A DNA stretch of 64,000 nt, taken from a virus (taxonomy: Duplodnaviria; Caudoviricetes). Shown one piece after another: positions 48,647-58,533 of the stretch (the stretch's first letter is position 1; the number at the start of each line of letters is the position of its first letter). Below the pieces are notes generated by a model that was not told where the DNA came from, made no database searches, and saw only the letters and a program-made list of their open reading frames with translations. The position numbers and the translations under genes were made by a program. The stretch is from the IMG/VR virus record IMGVR_UViG_3300027278_000012, positions 8,121 to 72,120 of that record; one strand, 5' to 3'.

Positions 48647-48873
48647 AATGTTTGTTTAAATGCTTCTATAATTTGTGGGTAAAGAGCTCTTACCTCCCTT
48701 GGTACTCTTGAGAAAAACCATCTCACCTCTAGTTCATACTGATCTCCATTTGAATCTAGTCCTTGTGGATGTATTAACCAGAAATAATGATATTTACCTT
48801 CATGCTCTACGTGGCCCTCATGCCATATTTCAGAGAATGAGGGAGTCTTGTTGATTGTTATTGCGTTAGTCAT
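48643..48873 (-). CDS. Hypothetical protein
   Basis: 76-aa operonic ORF. Confidence 0.55.
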   Translation of the reverse strand: MTNAITINKTPSFSEIWHEGHVEHEGKYHYFWLIHPQGLDSNGDQYELEVRWFFSRVPREVRALYPQIIEAFKQTL

Positions 48874-49279
48874 CTATTGTTATACTATTAATTATACGAT
48901 AAGTTAATTCTTCTATTATTATATTCTCTAACCATGGAGCAATTCTACCTCCCAAGTCTTTTAGAATATTTGCAAGATGAGTATTTGACATATCAGCTAT
49001 AGATTTGTATGACAATGGTGATCTACCATCTTTACCTCTATTACCCCAATGAGCAGCACTTCTATTCATCTCATGATCATCTGATAGATATATTGTAGAA
49101 CTAGCATCAACTAAATCTAGATCTTTTCCTCCATAACGTTGATACTCTGTACCACCATCTACCATTGTTTCATTCTCACATTCACATGTTTTGTAATCAT
49201 GTCTGTTATATGATGTGAGAACTTCTCCACAGTTTTTACACTGTACTCTGTTGAGTATTATTTGTTTTACTTCATTCAT
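48866..49279 (-). CDS. Zn-binding hypothetical protein
   Basis: CKNCGE...RHDYKTCEC...VDGG. Confidence 0.65.
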   Translation of the reverse strand: MNEVKQIILNRVQCKNCGEVLTSYNRHDYKTCECENETMVDGGTEYQRYGGKDLDLVDASSTIYLSDDHEMNRSAAHWGNRGKDGRSPLSYKSIADMSNTHLANILKDLGGRIAPWLENIIIEELTYRIINSITIDD

Positions 49280-49607
49280 GATTCAAGTTTTTTAAGTCTT
49301 CATCAATTCTTCTTAAAAATGATTCATCACCATCATCTCCTGATAATAACCAATCCATTCTATGCATATAGAGTTGTGCTTTTTTAATCATCATTGAAGA
49401 AACTTTAAACTGTTCAATCACTTCATCAGAATATTTATAATGAAACTTATCTTCAGGATATTTCTCATACCATTCATCATCACACCATCTTTCTTCTTTG
49501 AGTTCTTCTTCAGTTTTAGGTTGACCATTTTTTTCAATTAATTTATCTATATCCTCTGCTACATCAGTAAGTCTATACTGTAAGTAGTCCCAATGTCCTC
49601 CGCTCAT
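49272..49607 (-). CDS. Hypothetical protein (MSGGHWDY type)
   Basis: MSGGHWDY...DWLLSGDDGDESF. Confidence 0.6.
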   Translation of the reverse strand: MSGGHWDYLQYRLTDVAEDIDKLIEKNGQPKTEEELKEERWCDDEWYEKYPEDKFHYKYSDEVIEQFKVSSMMIKKAQLYMHRMDWLLSGDDGDESFLRRIDEDLKNLNHE

Positions 49608-49610
49608 AAT

Positions 49611-49709
49611 TTATTTGTTTTGTTTATTACAGGTTTTACATTTTAGTGTCTCTGGATCAAAGTTTCTCTCTGTCTTACACTTGTCACAATATTGATATAA
49701 TGTTATCAT
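49611..49709 (-). CDS. 32-aa zinc-ribbon peptide
   Basis: Read by hand: MITLYQYCDKCKTERNFDPETLKCKTCNKQNK. Confidence 0.5.
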   Translation of the reverse strand: MITLYQYCDKCKTERNFDPETLKCKTCNKQNK

Positions 49710-50095
49710 ATCTTCTTCTTTTTAGCTTGTTTCTCTTTTAAAGTTTTCTTATCATGGCAGGTCATACATAGCACCTGAAGGTTATCTTGTTCACAGAACA
49801 ATCTCTCCACAAATAGTGGTAGGTCTTGTGATGTGTTTAAACTTCCTGCAGGAATGATATGATCTACATTAATATTTTTTTCAGTAGTCCAAGTTTTGCA
49901 CTTGTTGCATTGATATTCATATTTCTGACGCTTACTAGGTCCTTTGTAATCTCTGCGTGCATTTAATTTACATACTGATATGGGCTTCCACCATCTACTC
50001 TTCTGTCTCAAAGCACTTCTTATGAAGCTCCAGAAGGCTGCCTCACTCATTGTACCATTGCATCTTGTCTTTGGGACTAACACTCTCTTTGCCAT
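49706..50095 (-). CDS. HNH-fold nuclease
   Basis: YQCNKC...VDHIIP...NLQVLCMTCHDKKT. Confidence 0.8.
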   Translation of the reverse strand: MAKRVLVPKTRCNGTMSEAAFWSFIRSALRQKSRWWKPISVCKLNARRDYKGPSKRQKYEYQCNKCKTWTTEKNINVDHIIPAGSLNTSQDLPLFVERLFCEQDNLQVLCMTCHDKKTLKEKQAKKKKI

Positions 50096-50118
50096 ATTAT
50101 TATAATTAAGTTATGTCG

Positions 50119-50126
50119 CAAATGTA
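50119..50126 (-). promoter_or_regulatory. -7 box TACATTTG upstream of ORF 49706-50095
   Basis: CAAATGTA on plus, about 24 nt before the start. Confidence 0.5.
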
Positions 50127-50128
50127 AT

Positions 50129-50569
50129 CTAAATTTGTGAATTATTTATGTAGTTAATTGCTGATGTTAATATTGAAATATCATCATTAGAAACTCCTAG
50201 TAATATATTACACTTAGTACACAATAGTCCTCTAACTTTTCCAGTAGTGTGACAATGGTCAATATACAATCCACCATGTTTTGATACTGTAGAATGTTCT
50301 ATATTACATATCTTACATTTTTTATCTTGAGCAATGTATAAACTTTCTACTTCTTCTAAAGTTAAATTATATTTATTCAGTATTCCCCTATTTCTACTTT
50401 TTACATAGTCATAAGAACTCTTTTTCTGAATACTATTACAAGATTTACAGTAATGATGAACTCCATGCTTTCCAACTTTATTTTTATGAAAGTCAGTCAG
50501 TTGTTTTTCTTCTTTACATTTACTACATATTTTTTTCATAATGATATATTTAAACAATAAAGATAACAT
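50129..50569 (-). mobile_element. Endonuclease VII-like homing endonuclease
   Basis: CKICN...LYIDHCHTTGKVRGLLCTKCNILLG; likely start MKKIC at 50539. Confidence 0.85.
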
Positions 50570-50656
50570 ACTCTTGTGACAAATTGCGACAAAAGTATGT
50601 TAAATTTATGTTAAATAATCAATTACAAATTTGCGACACAACTGTAATTAATTTTA

Positions 50657-52171
50657 CTACTTAATCGTATTCACACGATTAGTAATCTTGGCTTTCATTT
50701 CATTAAGATTCAACACAATAGCATTGATCTCAGCTGCTGATATAGAAGGCATGTTAAACTCATGTTTCTTAGCTTCAGTTGCAAATCCTTCTTTCGCTTT
50801 TTCAGCTAAGCTTTCCAATTCACGAATAGCATATTGCTCATCCAATTGTAAGAAATCAAAGCTTCTATCGTTCATGATTTGATCTGCTTCAGCAACAGTG
50901 GTTAACATGAATGGAAGATATTCCCAACATCTACCTTTCTCTGTACCAATACCTACCACCTTCATAGGATTATGAAGAGTCATAACAGTGGTGTCACCAC
51001 AAAGAACATAAGGAGCTGTATAACCTGCAAAGTGTAATCCTGCTGTAGCACAATCTTGTGTACTCCAGTTACATTCTTCTTTAGGCATACTAACAACTTG
51101 TCCCACACGAATATCAAATGTTCTAGTCCAGTTATCAGTGAATCTATTTTCTTCTCTATTAGGAAGATCTAGATAGATTTCTGTAAGTGTACCAATTCTT
51201 TGTCCATGGTCTATAGGCCATTCTTCATTATAAGTGTATTCTGCCACTTCTCCTGTTCCATCACATCTTTCACACTCTACCCATTCTCCATCTTCCCATG
51301 CATCTTCATCTTCCCATCCACCATCACCTAAGCAATCAGGACATGTGGTTGTTGTATGAGGTTCAATCTTGGTTAGATTATCTTTATGTACAAGTTTGTA
51401 TTCTCCTTCTTCTAAGAAGATTGTATAATCATCTGGGTTCTTCTTCCACACAGCTTTCACTTTGTTGTAAGCATTACTTACAAAGTATACAAGCTCTGGT
51501 GAACCATGAAGTGTTACAACATTTCTAAGAGCTACAAAGAATCCTTGTTTAGTAATCTTGAAACTATTGTCTGTTAAGAATCTGTATAGTTCGTTAGCAA
51601 CCTCAGCTCTTGGATTAAGACAACACCACATGAAGAAGTTCTTATGGGCCATGTAATCATCATCTTCATTCAATGAATCAGGAGTAAAACCAAATCCTTT
51701 GTGATATTTAACTCTATCAACTATCTCAATGAATTTCTCTACAAGTAATTGAGGCATACTTCTAGATGTTCCTGTTAGATAAACAGAATTACCCTCTACA
51801 GTGAAATCAGGAAGATCACCAAGCAATTGAATTCCTTTCTGTAGAGCTTGTATTCTCGCTGCTTCAGCTTTTGCTTTTTCTACATCAGCTGCAACATCTT
51901 TAGAACCTATAATAGCATGTATTTCATGTGCACTTTTTGCTTCAATGATTGCATAGTAATCATCTTCTGTTGCTCCAGGTTTACTAAGTACAGTCCCATC
52001 AGTTAACACTACAGTGAGTGTGTCATTAGCTAATTGAATTCTAAGATAGGGTTTTACCCTTGGAGTTTCCTCTTCTTGCATTAAACTCTCTAGCTTTTCA
52101 GCTACCACTTTAGTAATTGCAGATTCTGCTGTTTGCTTGAACCAGTCAAGACTTAAAAATTTGTTTTCCAT
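50657..52171 (-). CDS. rIIB: rIIB-like protein with an inserted DnaJ-type CxxCxGxG finger
   Basis: FLTDNSFKITKQGFFVALRNV...FDIRVGQVVSM...C.TAGLH; downstream of an rIIA-like gene. Confidence 0.7.
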   Translation of the reverse strand: MENKFLSLDWFKQTAESAITKVVAEKLESLMQEEETPRVKPYLRIQLANDTLTVVLTDGTVLSKPGATEDDYYAIIEAKSAHEIHAIIGSKDVAADVEKAKAEAARIQALQKGIQLLGDLPDFTVEGNSVYLTGTSRSMPQLLVEKFIEIVDRVKYHKGFGFTPDSLNEDDDYMAHKNFFMWCCLNPRAEVANELYRFLTDNSFKITKQGFFVALRNVVTLHGSPELVYFVSNAYNKVKAVWKKNPDDYTIFLEEGEYKLVHKDNLTKIEPHTTTTCPDCLGDGGWEDEDAWEDGEWVECERCDGTGEVAEYTYNEEWPIDHGQRIGTLTEIYLDLPNREENRFTDNWTRTFDIRVGQVVSMPKEECNWSTQDCATAGLHFAGYTAPYVLCGDTTVMTLHNPMKVVGIGTEKGRCWEYLPFMLTTVAEADQIMNDRSFDFLQLDEQYAIRELESLAEKAKEGFATEAKKHEFNMPSISAAEINAIVLNLNEMKAKITNRVNTIK

Positions 52172-52186
52172 TTTGTTTTTATTTAT

Positions 52187-54487
52187 TTAGTTTATTAATT
52201 GTTCAATACTTACTTCGTCTAACACTTCATCATTTATTCTAATTTTATAATTCTCAAGATTCACTCTATGTTTGTGATATTTGAACAAGTCAGTCATCAA
52301 GCTACATAATGGATCTTCAGCGTTAAAATAACCCATTCTTGAACACAAAGGATTCAAGAAATACAATTTATCAAGCAAAGCTTTCATCTCTAGATACTCT
52401 GTGTATATCAATGGATCAAATAGATTATGATCTTGTGCTACAGATAACATTGATTTAACTAATGCTGGATCACTTGTTACATAATTCAAACGCTTATATT
52501 GAACTAGCTTCTCTAGTTTATCAGCTAGATCTTTAGAAGTGTAAGCAATCATTTTTGCTTTATCAAATACATATCTATTTCTTTCAATCAGCTCATATAC
52601 TAGCACTGATGTAATCATTCTTTTGAATGGTGCATTCTTTCCTTCCATAAATTTATCATATGATATTAAATTGTGTATCTCTAATTGGTTAACTATCTTT
52701 AATTCTCTATCTGAAAATGTAACCACTTCCATCACTTGTTTTTGCATCATTGCATAAAGAGAATCAAGTTTCAATGAATCTTCATGTTTAGCATATACAA
52801 TCACTTGTTTACGTTTGTGTAACTCTTCCAGTTTATACAATTGAGAATCAAATTTACAGTTTCTACCATTACTATATCTAGCCAATGGAACACCTTTCTT
52901 ACATATAATCTCTCCTTGAATCTTAAGTCTTTTACCACTAGCTACACCAGCTGTACTAACTTTCACTTTCTTTCTACCATCAATAAATGATTGTGACACA
53001 GTAATTGCATCTAGATCAATGAAGTTTGCTTCAATAAGAGATAGAACATATTGATATTCCTTAATCACTTGTCTCCATTCATGTCTTTTATACTGATGTA
53101 ATTGTAATCTGTGGTAGTAAGTGTCTGAATCATAACTGCTAGGTTTACCTAGCTTCATAGGTTTATTTCGTTTAACAAAACATTGCTGAACATCTGTTCT
53201 GCATATAGATTTCATATAGTCTTTCTTCAATTGAGAAATTCTATCTTCATATAAATACACATTAACCTTACCATTACATATATTCTCTACGTTATACCCC
53301 CAACTATAATGCTTAGTAGCATCTTTCATCTTCTTATCCTTCAATGTGAATTTAAGAACATATGCACTATCTAGCATATGTGACTTAGTTCTACCATATA
53401 TAGCAGGGAAATCTAATAGAGTTACACCTTTTAGTTCTGGGACAGCTGCTTTAATAGTGGCATATTTAATCAAAGGACTAATGCTGAGTGTTTTATTATT
53501 TGTCATTTCAACAAAATGTCCATTCTTCTCCAAGTAATTAATCATAGATTTGATATCATCACTCTTGATTACAGTTTCATTATACTTACCAATGAAATAA
53601 TCTGCTACCTGTGCAAGTTTTTTCTTGATGATGTCTTTAGCCTCTTGTGTATATCTCAATGATTCTCTATTTGGTGTAGGAAACAATCCATCAGTTAAAG
53701 AGAATCTAAGAGCTAGAGGAAACTCAAGTCTGTCTATACCAAGTTTCTCAAAGTCTAGTGGATAATATACATTGTCTAAGCAGATGTGTAATCTAGTATC
53801 TGTAGACATTTCAGAGAATTGAAAATGTGGATGTCTGGATATTACAAAATCATTATTAATAGATGAATCTTCTGGTACATCAAAATACACACTCTCGAAA
53901 TAACACAATTGTTCTTTAATCTTTCTTTGGAAGTTATACTTATCACCATACTTAACAGGAATAATAATCTTTACACCATTAGCTTCTGTTGTTTCTGTTT
54001 CATACAAAAGATCAATAGTGTTAGTGTCTTCTCCTTCATACATCATATACTTACGTTCCATACCATCTTTTCTACATACAAAATAGAAACTAGAACTATA
54101 TGCTAGAGGAGCCTTGAAGCCCAATCCCATCATACCTAATTCTGTAGCACTATTTCGTTTTGTACTCTTACCATACTTACTAATGATGTTACGTACATCA
54201 TCAGCATCTAGGCCTATACCAAAATCTTCTACACAAAACTCATAATTATTATATGATGCAGCTTTTAATGAAACCACAATTGGTGTGTCCACACCAGCTC
54301 TTCTATGACTATCAAGAGCATTACTTGCGCATTCTCTAATAGCTGAGCCTATATCATCAGAATATAAATTCTTACTTAACATCTGCATCAATATCTGTGC
54401 AGAATCTAAGTCTAAGGACATACCAATACTTTCTTGTGTTTGTCCTTCTGTTAGGACGTGTGCTTCTGTCTGTTTTTCTAATATCAT
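52187..54487 (-). CDS. rIIA: rIIA-like protein (GHKL ATPase N-terminus)
   Basis: LYSD...AIRECASNALDSH, VEDFGIGL, YGKSTK...LGMMGLGFK. Confidence 0.8.
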   Translation of the reverse strand: MILEKQTEAHVLTEGQTQESIGMSLDLDSAQILMQMLSKNLYSDDIGSAIRECASNALDSHRRAGVDTPIVVSLKAASYNNYEFCVEDFGIGLDADDVRNIISKYGKSTKRNSATELGMMGLGFKAPLAYSSSFYFVCRKDGMERKYMMYEGEDTNTIDLLYETETTEANGVKIIIPVKYGDKYNFQRKIKEQLCYFESVYFDVPEDSSINNDFVISRHPHFQFSEMSTDTRLHICLDNVYYPLDFEKLGIDRLEFPLALRFSLTDGLFPTPNRESLRYTQEAKDIIKKKLAQVADYFIGKYNETVIKSDDIKSMINYLEKNGHFVEMTNNKTLSISPLIKYATIKAAVPELKGVTLLDFPAIYGRTKSHMLDSAYVLKFTLKDKKMKDATKHYSWGYNVENICNGKVNVYLYEDRISQLKKDYMKSICRTDVQQCFVKRNKPMKLGKPSSYDSDTYYHRLQLHQYKRHEWRQVIKEYQYVLSLIEANFIDLDAITVSQSFIDGRKKVKVSTAGVASGKRLKIQGEIICKKGVPLARYSNGRNCKFDSQLYKLEELHKRKQVIVYAKHEDSLKLDSLYAMMQKQVMEVVTFSDRELKIVNQLEIHNLISYDKFMEGKNAPFKRMITSVLVYELIERNRYVFDKAKMIAYTSKDLADKLEKLVQYKRLNYVTSDPALVKSMLSVAQDHNLFDPLIYTEYLEMKALLDKLYFLNPLCSRMGYFNAEDPLCSLMTDLFKYHKHRVNLENYKIRINDEVLDEVSIEQLIN

Positions 54488-54488
54488 G

Positions 54489-54854
54489 TTATATAAATTT
54501 AATTTGTTCTAAAATTTGTTTTGATTCTATATATCTATTTAAGTCTTCTGGATCTGTAAATAAACTCTCTGGGTTTTCTATTTTCATCACTCTCCATTTC
54601 CAATTATTTACATATGATTTTGCTATCCAGTTTTTATTAAACTCTTCTGAATTAGCTTTCTCATGATCTCTATATGCTGCATCAGCTTTCACTCTGTTAT
54701 AATGATCTAAAGATGTAGTAGGCCAATGTGTTTCAAAATATTGTAATGTATTTTTACCTTCTCCACAATACCAACCAAGTGTAAGTCCACCTGAATAACT
54801 AATAACTATAAAGTCTCCTATTTTAAGATCACCTCCATAATTTACTGTTCTCAT
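54489..54854 (-). CDS. Hypothetical protein
   Basis: 121-aa operonic ORF. Confidence 0.55.
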   Translation of the reverse strand: MRTVNYGGDLKIGDFIVISYSGGLTLGWYCGEGKNTLQYFETHWPTTSLDHYNRVKADAAYRDHEKANSEEFNKNWIAKSYVNNWKWRVMKIENPESLFTDPEDLNRYIESKQILEQIKFI

Positions 54855-55195
54855 ATTGTTTCTCTTTTTACTAACCAGATTTGTTTAAAGTTTAAGTCAA
54901 ATTTCTCAACAGGACTATCCTCTTCAGGAGCTTCTATTTTATAACTCTTTATATCATATGTATAAGGAACACTTTGTCTTAATACACTATCCCATTTTTG
55001 ACCTTGTCCTTGTCTGATAGTTACATTAACTCTACATTTTACACTTATGTATCTTTCATCAAGTGGTCTCCATTTATGCACCACTTTACTCTTTCTAGGA
55101 ACTTCCACCAATTTTAAATACTTAGGCTGTTGCGTAAGTGTTAAGATTTCATCTCCTATTTCAAGCTCTTCTATCTTTATTAATTGATTTTCCAT
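54851..55195 (-). CDS. Hypothetical protein
   Basis: 114-aa operonic ORF. Confidence 0.55.
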   Translation of the reverse strand: MENQLIKIEELEIGDEILTLTQQPKYLKLVEVPRKSKVVHKWRPLDERYISVKCRVNVTIRQGQGQKWDSVLRQSVPYTYDIKSYKIEAPEEDSPVEKFDLNFKQIWLVKRETI

Positions 55196-55200
55196 ATTGT

Positions 55201-55518
55201 TTAACTTAATAATGATACTTTTTCTAATAATTGTTTAGTTGCTCTAGCAACCATTTTATCTTTAACAGACTTAGATATTCCTGCTATAAGTCCTTTTTCT
55301 ACATGATATAATGATACGTGATTAAATGTTTCTGGTGTTTTAGAACCATTTCTATCTGCTGTCCATTTATCTACTGTATAGACATGATCTCCACTATAAT
55401 CTCCATTATCTACAAGAAACTTTGTTATTTGTTCTCTTATACTTTTTGTAAATTCGCTGATCTTAGTATTTACTTTTTCTTCAATCAATCTGTCTAATTG
55501 TCCTGTTGTTTCTGCCAT
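55201..55518 (-). CDS. Hypothetical protein
   Basis: 105-aa operonic ORF. Confidence 0.55.
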   Translation of the reverse strand: MAETTGQLDRLIEEKVNTKISEFTKSIREQITKFLVDNGDYSGDHVYTVDKWTADRNGSKTPETFNHVSLYHVEKGLIAGISKSVKDKMVARATKQLLEKVSLLS

Positions 55519-55537
55519 GTTTTCTATTTGTTTTAAA

Positions 55538-55780
55538 TTAATCTACTATCCCTCCTTTATAATAATTTTCAATTGTATTATGTTTTGGTAAAAATTCTTT
55601 TCTATATCTTTCACTAACATCTTTATCTACAATAATATAATGACTTCCATTACAATATTTTAAGCTGTTGTTAGCATCATAGAATTTAACAAAAGACTCT
55701 TCTGTATCAGGCCATTCTTCTGTTCTAGCTAATTCTGATTTTGCTCCTCCATAAGGAGAATTCCAATATTCTATTTTCAT
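55538..55780 (-). CDS. Hypothetical protein
   Basis: 80-aa operonic ORF. Confidence 0.55.
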   Translation of the reverse strand: MKIEYWNSPYGGAKSELARTEEWPDTEESFVKFYDANNSLKYCNGSHYIIVDKDVSERYRKEFLPKHNTIENYYKGGIVD

Positions 55781-55789
55781 ATTGTTAAA

Positions 55790-56509
55790 TTAAAAAGGTA
55801 CATCTATTGGCACCCATTGAACACTAAATCCGTTATTTTCTTCTAATAGTATGTCCACTTTACTGAACACACCCTCTGTATCCCATTCAGAATGTTTATA
55901 TGCAGCACTAGCTGGATGACTAAGCTCAAACACATGAGTAAATATCCCTGTGTATTTTTTATATCTAGCTGCATCCTTACCAAGAAACACAATTGGCACT
56001 CCTAAATGATTAATTACCTCTTCAAACAGATATTTAACAAGTGGTTCCCATGCATCTAGATGACTACCTGCTTTGTTAATCTCTGTTGTTAAAGCTGCAT
56101 TGAACATAAGAACACCCTGATGAGCCAAATGACTAACATCTGGATCTTTAATGATGTCAAAGTTCAATCCATTATAATATTCTCTCTCTATGCCCATATA
56201 GAAATGTTCTAACGTAGGCTGTAGTTGTTCTGTAATAGAACATCCCATAAGTAGCCCATCTGCAACAGGCGCATCATTCTTAAGTGTGTGATAGGGACAT
56301 AAGCCTACCATCACCACTTTTAGTTCATCTAATGGTGTCTCTAAGAAACATCTCCAAACATGCATAGAGAGAGGAGCAACTCGCTTGCCCCTCTTACTCT
56401 CTGCTTTTAGGAATGCATATATCTTATCACACTGCTCACTCTCTATAAATGGACGCATTTTAGCATGCCATGATGGGTGAAACTGATGTTTAAAATTGCT
56501 CCAATTCAT
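55790..56509 (-). CDS. ung: Uracil-DNA glycosylase (family 1-like, divergent)
   Basis: LKVVMVGLCPYH, LAHQGVLMFNAALT, SH...W, LSHPAS. Confidence 0.85.
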   Translation of the reverse strand: MNWSNFKHQFHPSWHAKMRPFIESEQCDKIYAFLKAESKRGKRVAPLSMHVWRCFLETPLDELKVVMVGLCPYHTLKNDAPVADGLLMGCSITEQLQPTLEHFYMGIEREYYNGLNFDIIKDPDVSHLAHQGVLMFNAALTTEINKAGSHLDAWEPLVKYLFEEVINHLGVPIVFLGKDAARYKKYTGIFTHVFELSHPASAAYKHSEWDTEGVFSKVDILLEENNGFSVQWVPIDVPF

Positions 56510-57276
56510 TACACTTCAAATAATTCTAATTGATTAACAGTTGGTATAACTAATTCTTGTTTAGATGTAATAATATCTGCTGCTCCTGTAAAGAAACTAT
56601 GAGCATCAATATGATTGTTCATCCATAAGCTTGGGTGTACTTGTTTCATACTAAATGTTGTAAACTGATAAAGCTCCCATAATGAATTGCTAGCATTGTA
56701 ATCATGAGTTGGTTTATCCAATTCTCTCTTAATGATGTTCAATTGTGTTGATTCAATAAATTGTTCTTCAATGTACATTCTACCAATCAATTCAGCTTGT
56801 GCTCTTTTATCAAGATCAATGTTCTTCATAGTTTCTCTTTCCACTTGCATCTTTGTAAATGCTTCTCCTGCTCTCTTGATATATTCTACAATAGCTTGTG
56901 GTGTAAATGTTTGTATTTCTCCTTGGTGTTTCTTTTTGAATGCACCATAATCACCACTAACACATCCATTCTCACAAATGAATATTCTTGTACCAATAGC
57001 AAACTTCAATGATAATGACTTATCATAGCTATTCTGCCATCCTATTTGTAATTGCATTTCACTATCTGCCACATTTTTAATTGTGAACTTACCATTAGCA
57101 ACTTTACCTTCTCTTGCAGAGGTGTATAGTTCTTGGTCTAGAACAAATCCTGATTGATGTATACTCTCAAGTGTGAGGTCCATCAATTGTTCATGACTCA
57201 CTGGTTTGTAAGTTTTGGTCTGTTGAGGGATTGGTGCTGCTAGCAACATTCCTCTTGCTGTATTATAATTTTCCAT
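56509..57276 (-). CDS. DUF932/DUF945-like protein
   Basis: YKPVSH...GWQNSYDKS...GTRIFICENG...KKH...LWELYQ. Confidence 0.75.
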   Translation of the reverse strand: MENYNTARGMLLAAPIPQQTKTYKPVSHEQLMDLTLESIHQSGFVLDQELYTSAREGKVANGKFTIKNVADSEMQLQIGWQNSYDKSLSLKFAIGTRIFICENGCVSGDYGAFKKKHQGEIQTFTPQAIVEYIKRAGEAFTKMQVERETMKNIDLDKRAQAELIGRMYIEEQFIESTQLNIIKRELDKPTHDYNASNSLWELYQFTTFSMKQVHPSLWMNNHIDAHSFFTGAADIITSKQELVIPTVNQLELFEV

Positions 57277-57277
57277 G

Positions 57278-57583
57278 TTAATTTAATTTTAATGATTTTC
57301 TTTTGTTTTGTTCTATTAGTAATATATCTTTCATCTCAAGTATTGAAGTTGTTTGATTTCTTCCCATCTTATCAATCCAATATATTGAGTTTTGTAAATG
57401 TGAATCAGTCATATTCTGAATAAGCACATTGTTACCATCTTTTCTGCACCAAAATAATTCTCCTTTAAAATACTCTCTTAGCAATGCTGTATAATGAATA
57501 CCGTTATAATGAGTATTATGATGTTCCCATCTTAACTCTGCATCAAGACCTCTCATCATTAAATCATCTGCAAAATCTCCCAT
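57278..57583 (-). CDS. Hypothetical protein
   Basis: W..KDG...IQNMTDSHLQN motif. Confidence 0.55.
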   Translation of the reverse strand: MGDFADDLMMRGLDAELRWEHHNTHYNGIHYTALLREYFKGELFWCRKDGNNVLIQNMTDSHLQNSIYWIDKMGRNQTTSILEMKDILLIEQNKRKSLKLN

Positions 57584-57589
57584 AATGTT

Positions 57590-57757
57590 TTATTCTAATG
57601 TTGATAATGTTTCCTCTAAGTCTTGTATTCTATTGTGTAAATTGTCTATTTCTTTTTCTTGATCATCTATTATACTTAACAGTTGATCAATTACTGATTC
57701 TACACTTGTTTTTACAGAATAAATTTCTTTTTCTAAATCTCTTGGTAATGTTGGCAT
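57590..57757 (-). CDS. Small coiled-coil protein (55 aa)
   Basis: Read by hand: MPTLPRDLEKEI... Confidence 0.5.
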   Translation of the reverse strand: MPTLPRDLEKEIYSVKTSVESVIDQLLSIIDDQEKEIDNLHNRIQDLEETLSTLE

Positions 57758-57758
57758 A

Positions 57759-57926
57759 CTATCCTAAGCTTAATGATGTCTTTCTATGAAAGAACCTTGT
57801 TAATATTCCTTCTAAATTCTCTATTCCTATACATTCCACTTCATAATATTCTGTAGTGGATAACCATTCGATATTCTCTTTAATCTCTTCTTCAAGTATT
57901 TCTAACTCATCATCTGTTACTCTCAT
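57759..57926 (-). CDS. Hypothetical acidic protein (55 aa)
   Basis: Read by hand: MRVTDDELEIL... Confidence 0.5.
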   Translation of the reverse strand: MRVTDDELEILEEEIKENIEWLSTTEYYEVECIGIENLEGILTRFFHRKTSLSLG

Positions 57927-58132
57927 AATCCTTTTTCTTTTTTAAATTTCTCTAACATATCCTTATTTGTATAATGAAAATACTTATCCGCATTTTCTAT
58001 AGTATCATTTTTCCTCATCCATCTATGAAATCCAATAGCAAAATCATCTGCTATTTCTATTTGTTTATCAATCATTGTCATTTGCCAAATAGGATTAATA
58101 ATTACTTCTTTAAACTTTTCTCTTAGTGTCAT
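57923..58132 (-). CDS. Hypothetical protein
   Basis: IADDFAIGFHRW...LEKFKKEKGL. Confidence 0.55.
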   Translation of the reverse strand: MTLREKFKEVIINPIWQMTMIDKQIEIADDFAIGFHRWMRKNDTIENADKYFHYTNKDMLEKFKKEKGL

Positions 58133-58134
58133 AA

Positions 58135-58533
58135 TTAATATTCTAAAATTCCTGAATCTCTAATTGCTTCATAAAGCTCTTTCTTCTGTGGAGGGAATAA
58201 CACTGTAGCATCAATCAGAGCTTCTAAATACCTCTTTCTGGATGATATATCTAATATGTTATTCACCTTAAGTGCACTATCTATTCTATTTGATAGTTCC
58301 ATTATCACTGTAGCTCCTCTTTTGAAATGTTCTGCATCTTCTTCATCTCTCACTTCAATAAGTTTACCTACATAGCCTTCAATGTGTGGAATAGTTTGTT
58401 TAAGAGACTGTTTAGCTCTATGTGTAAACAAATTATTCTCATTCATTGTTTCGAATCTCTCCAATAATGCAACAGAGAGGGATAAGCTCTCTATCACTAT
58501 GTCATTTAGTTCATCTGATGTTAATTTACTCAT
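58135..58533 (-). CDS. Hypothetical protein
   Basis: 132-aa operonic ORF. Confidence 0.55.
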   Translation of the reverse strand: MSKLTSDELNDIVIESLSLSVALLERFETMNENNLFTHRAKQSLKQTIPHIEGYVGKLIEVRDEEDAEHFKRGATVIMELSNRIDSALKVNNILDISSRKRYLEALIDATVLFPPQKKELYEAIRDSGILEY

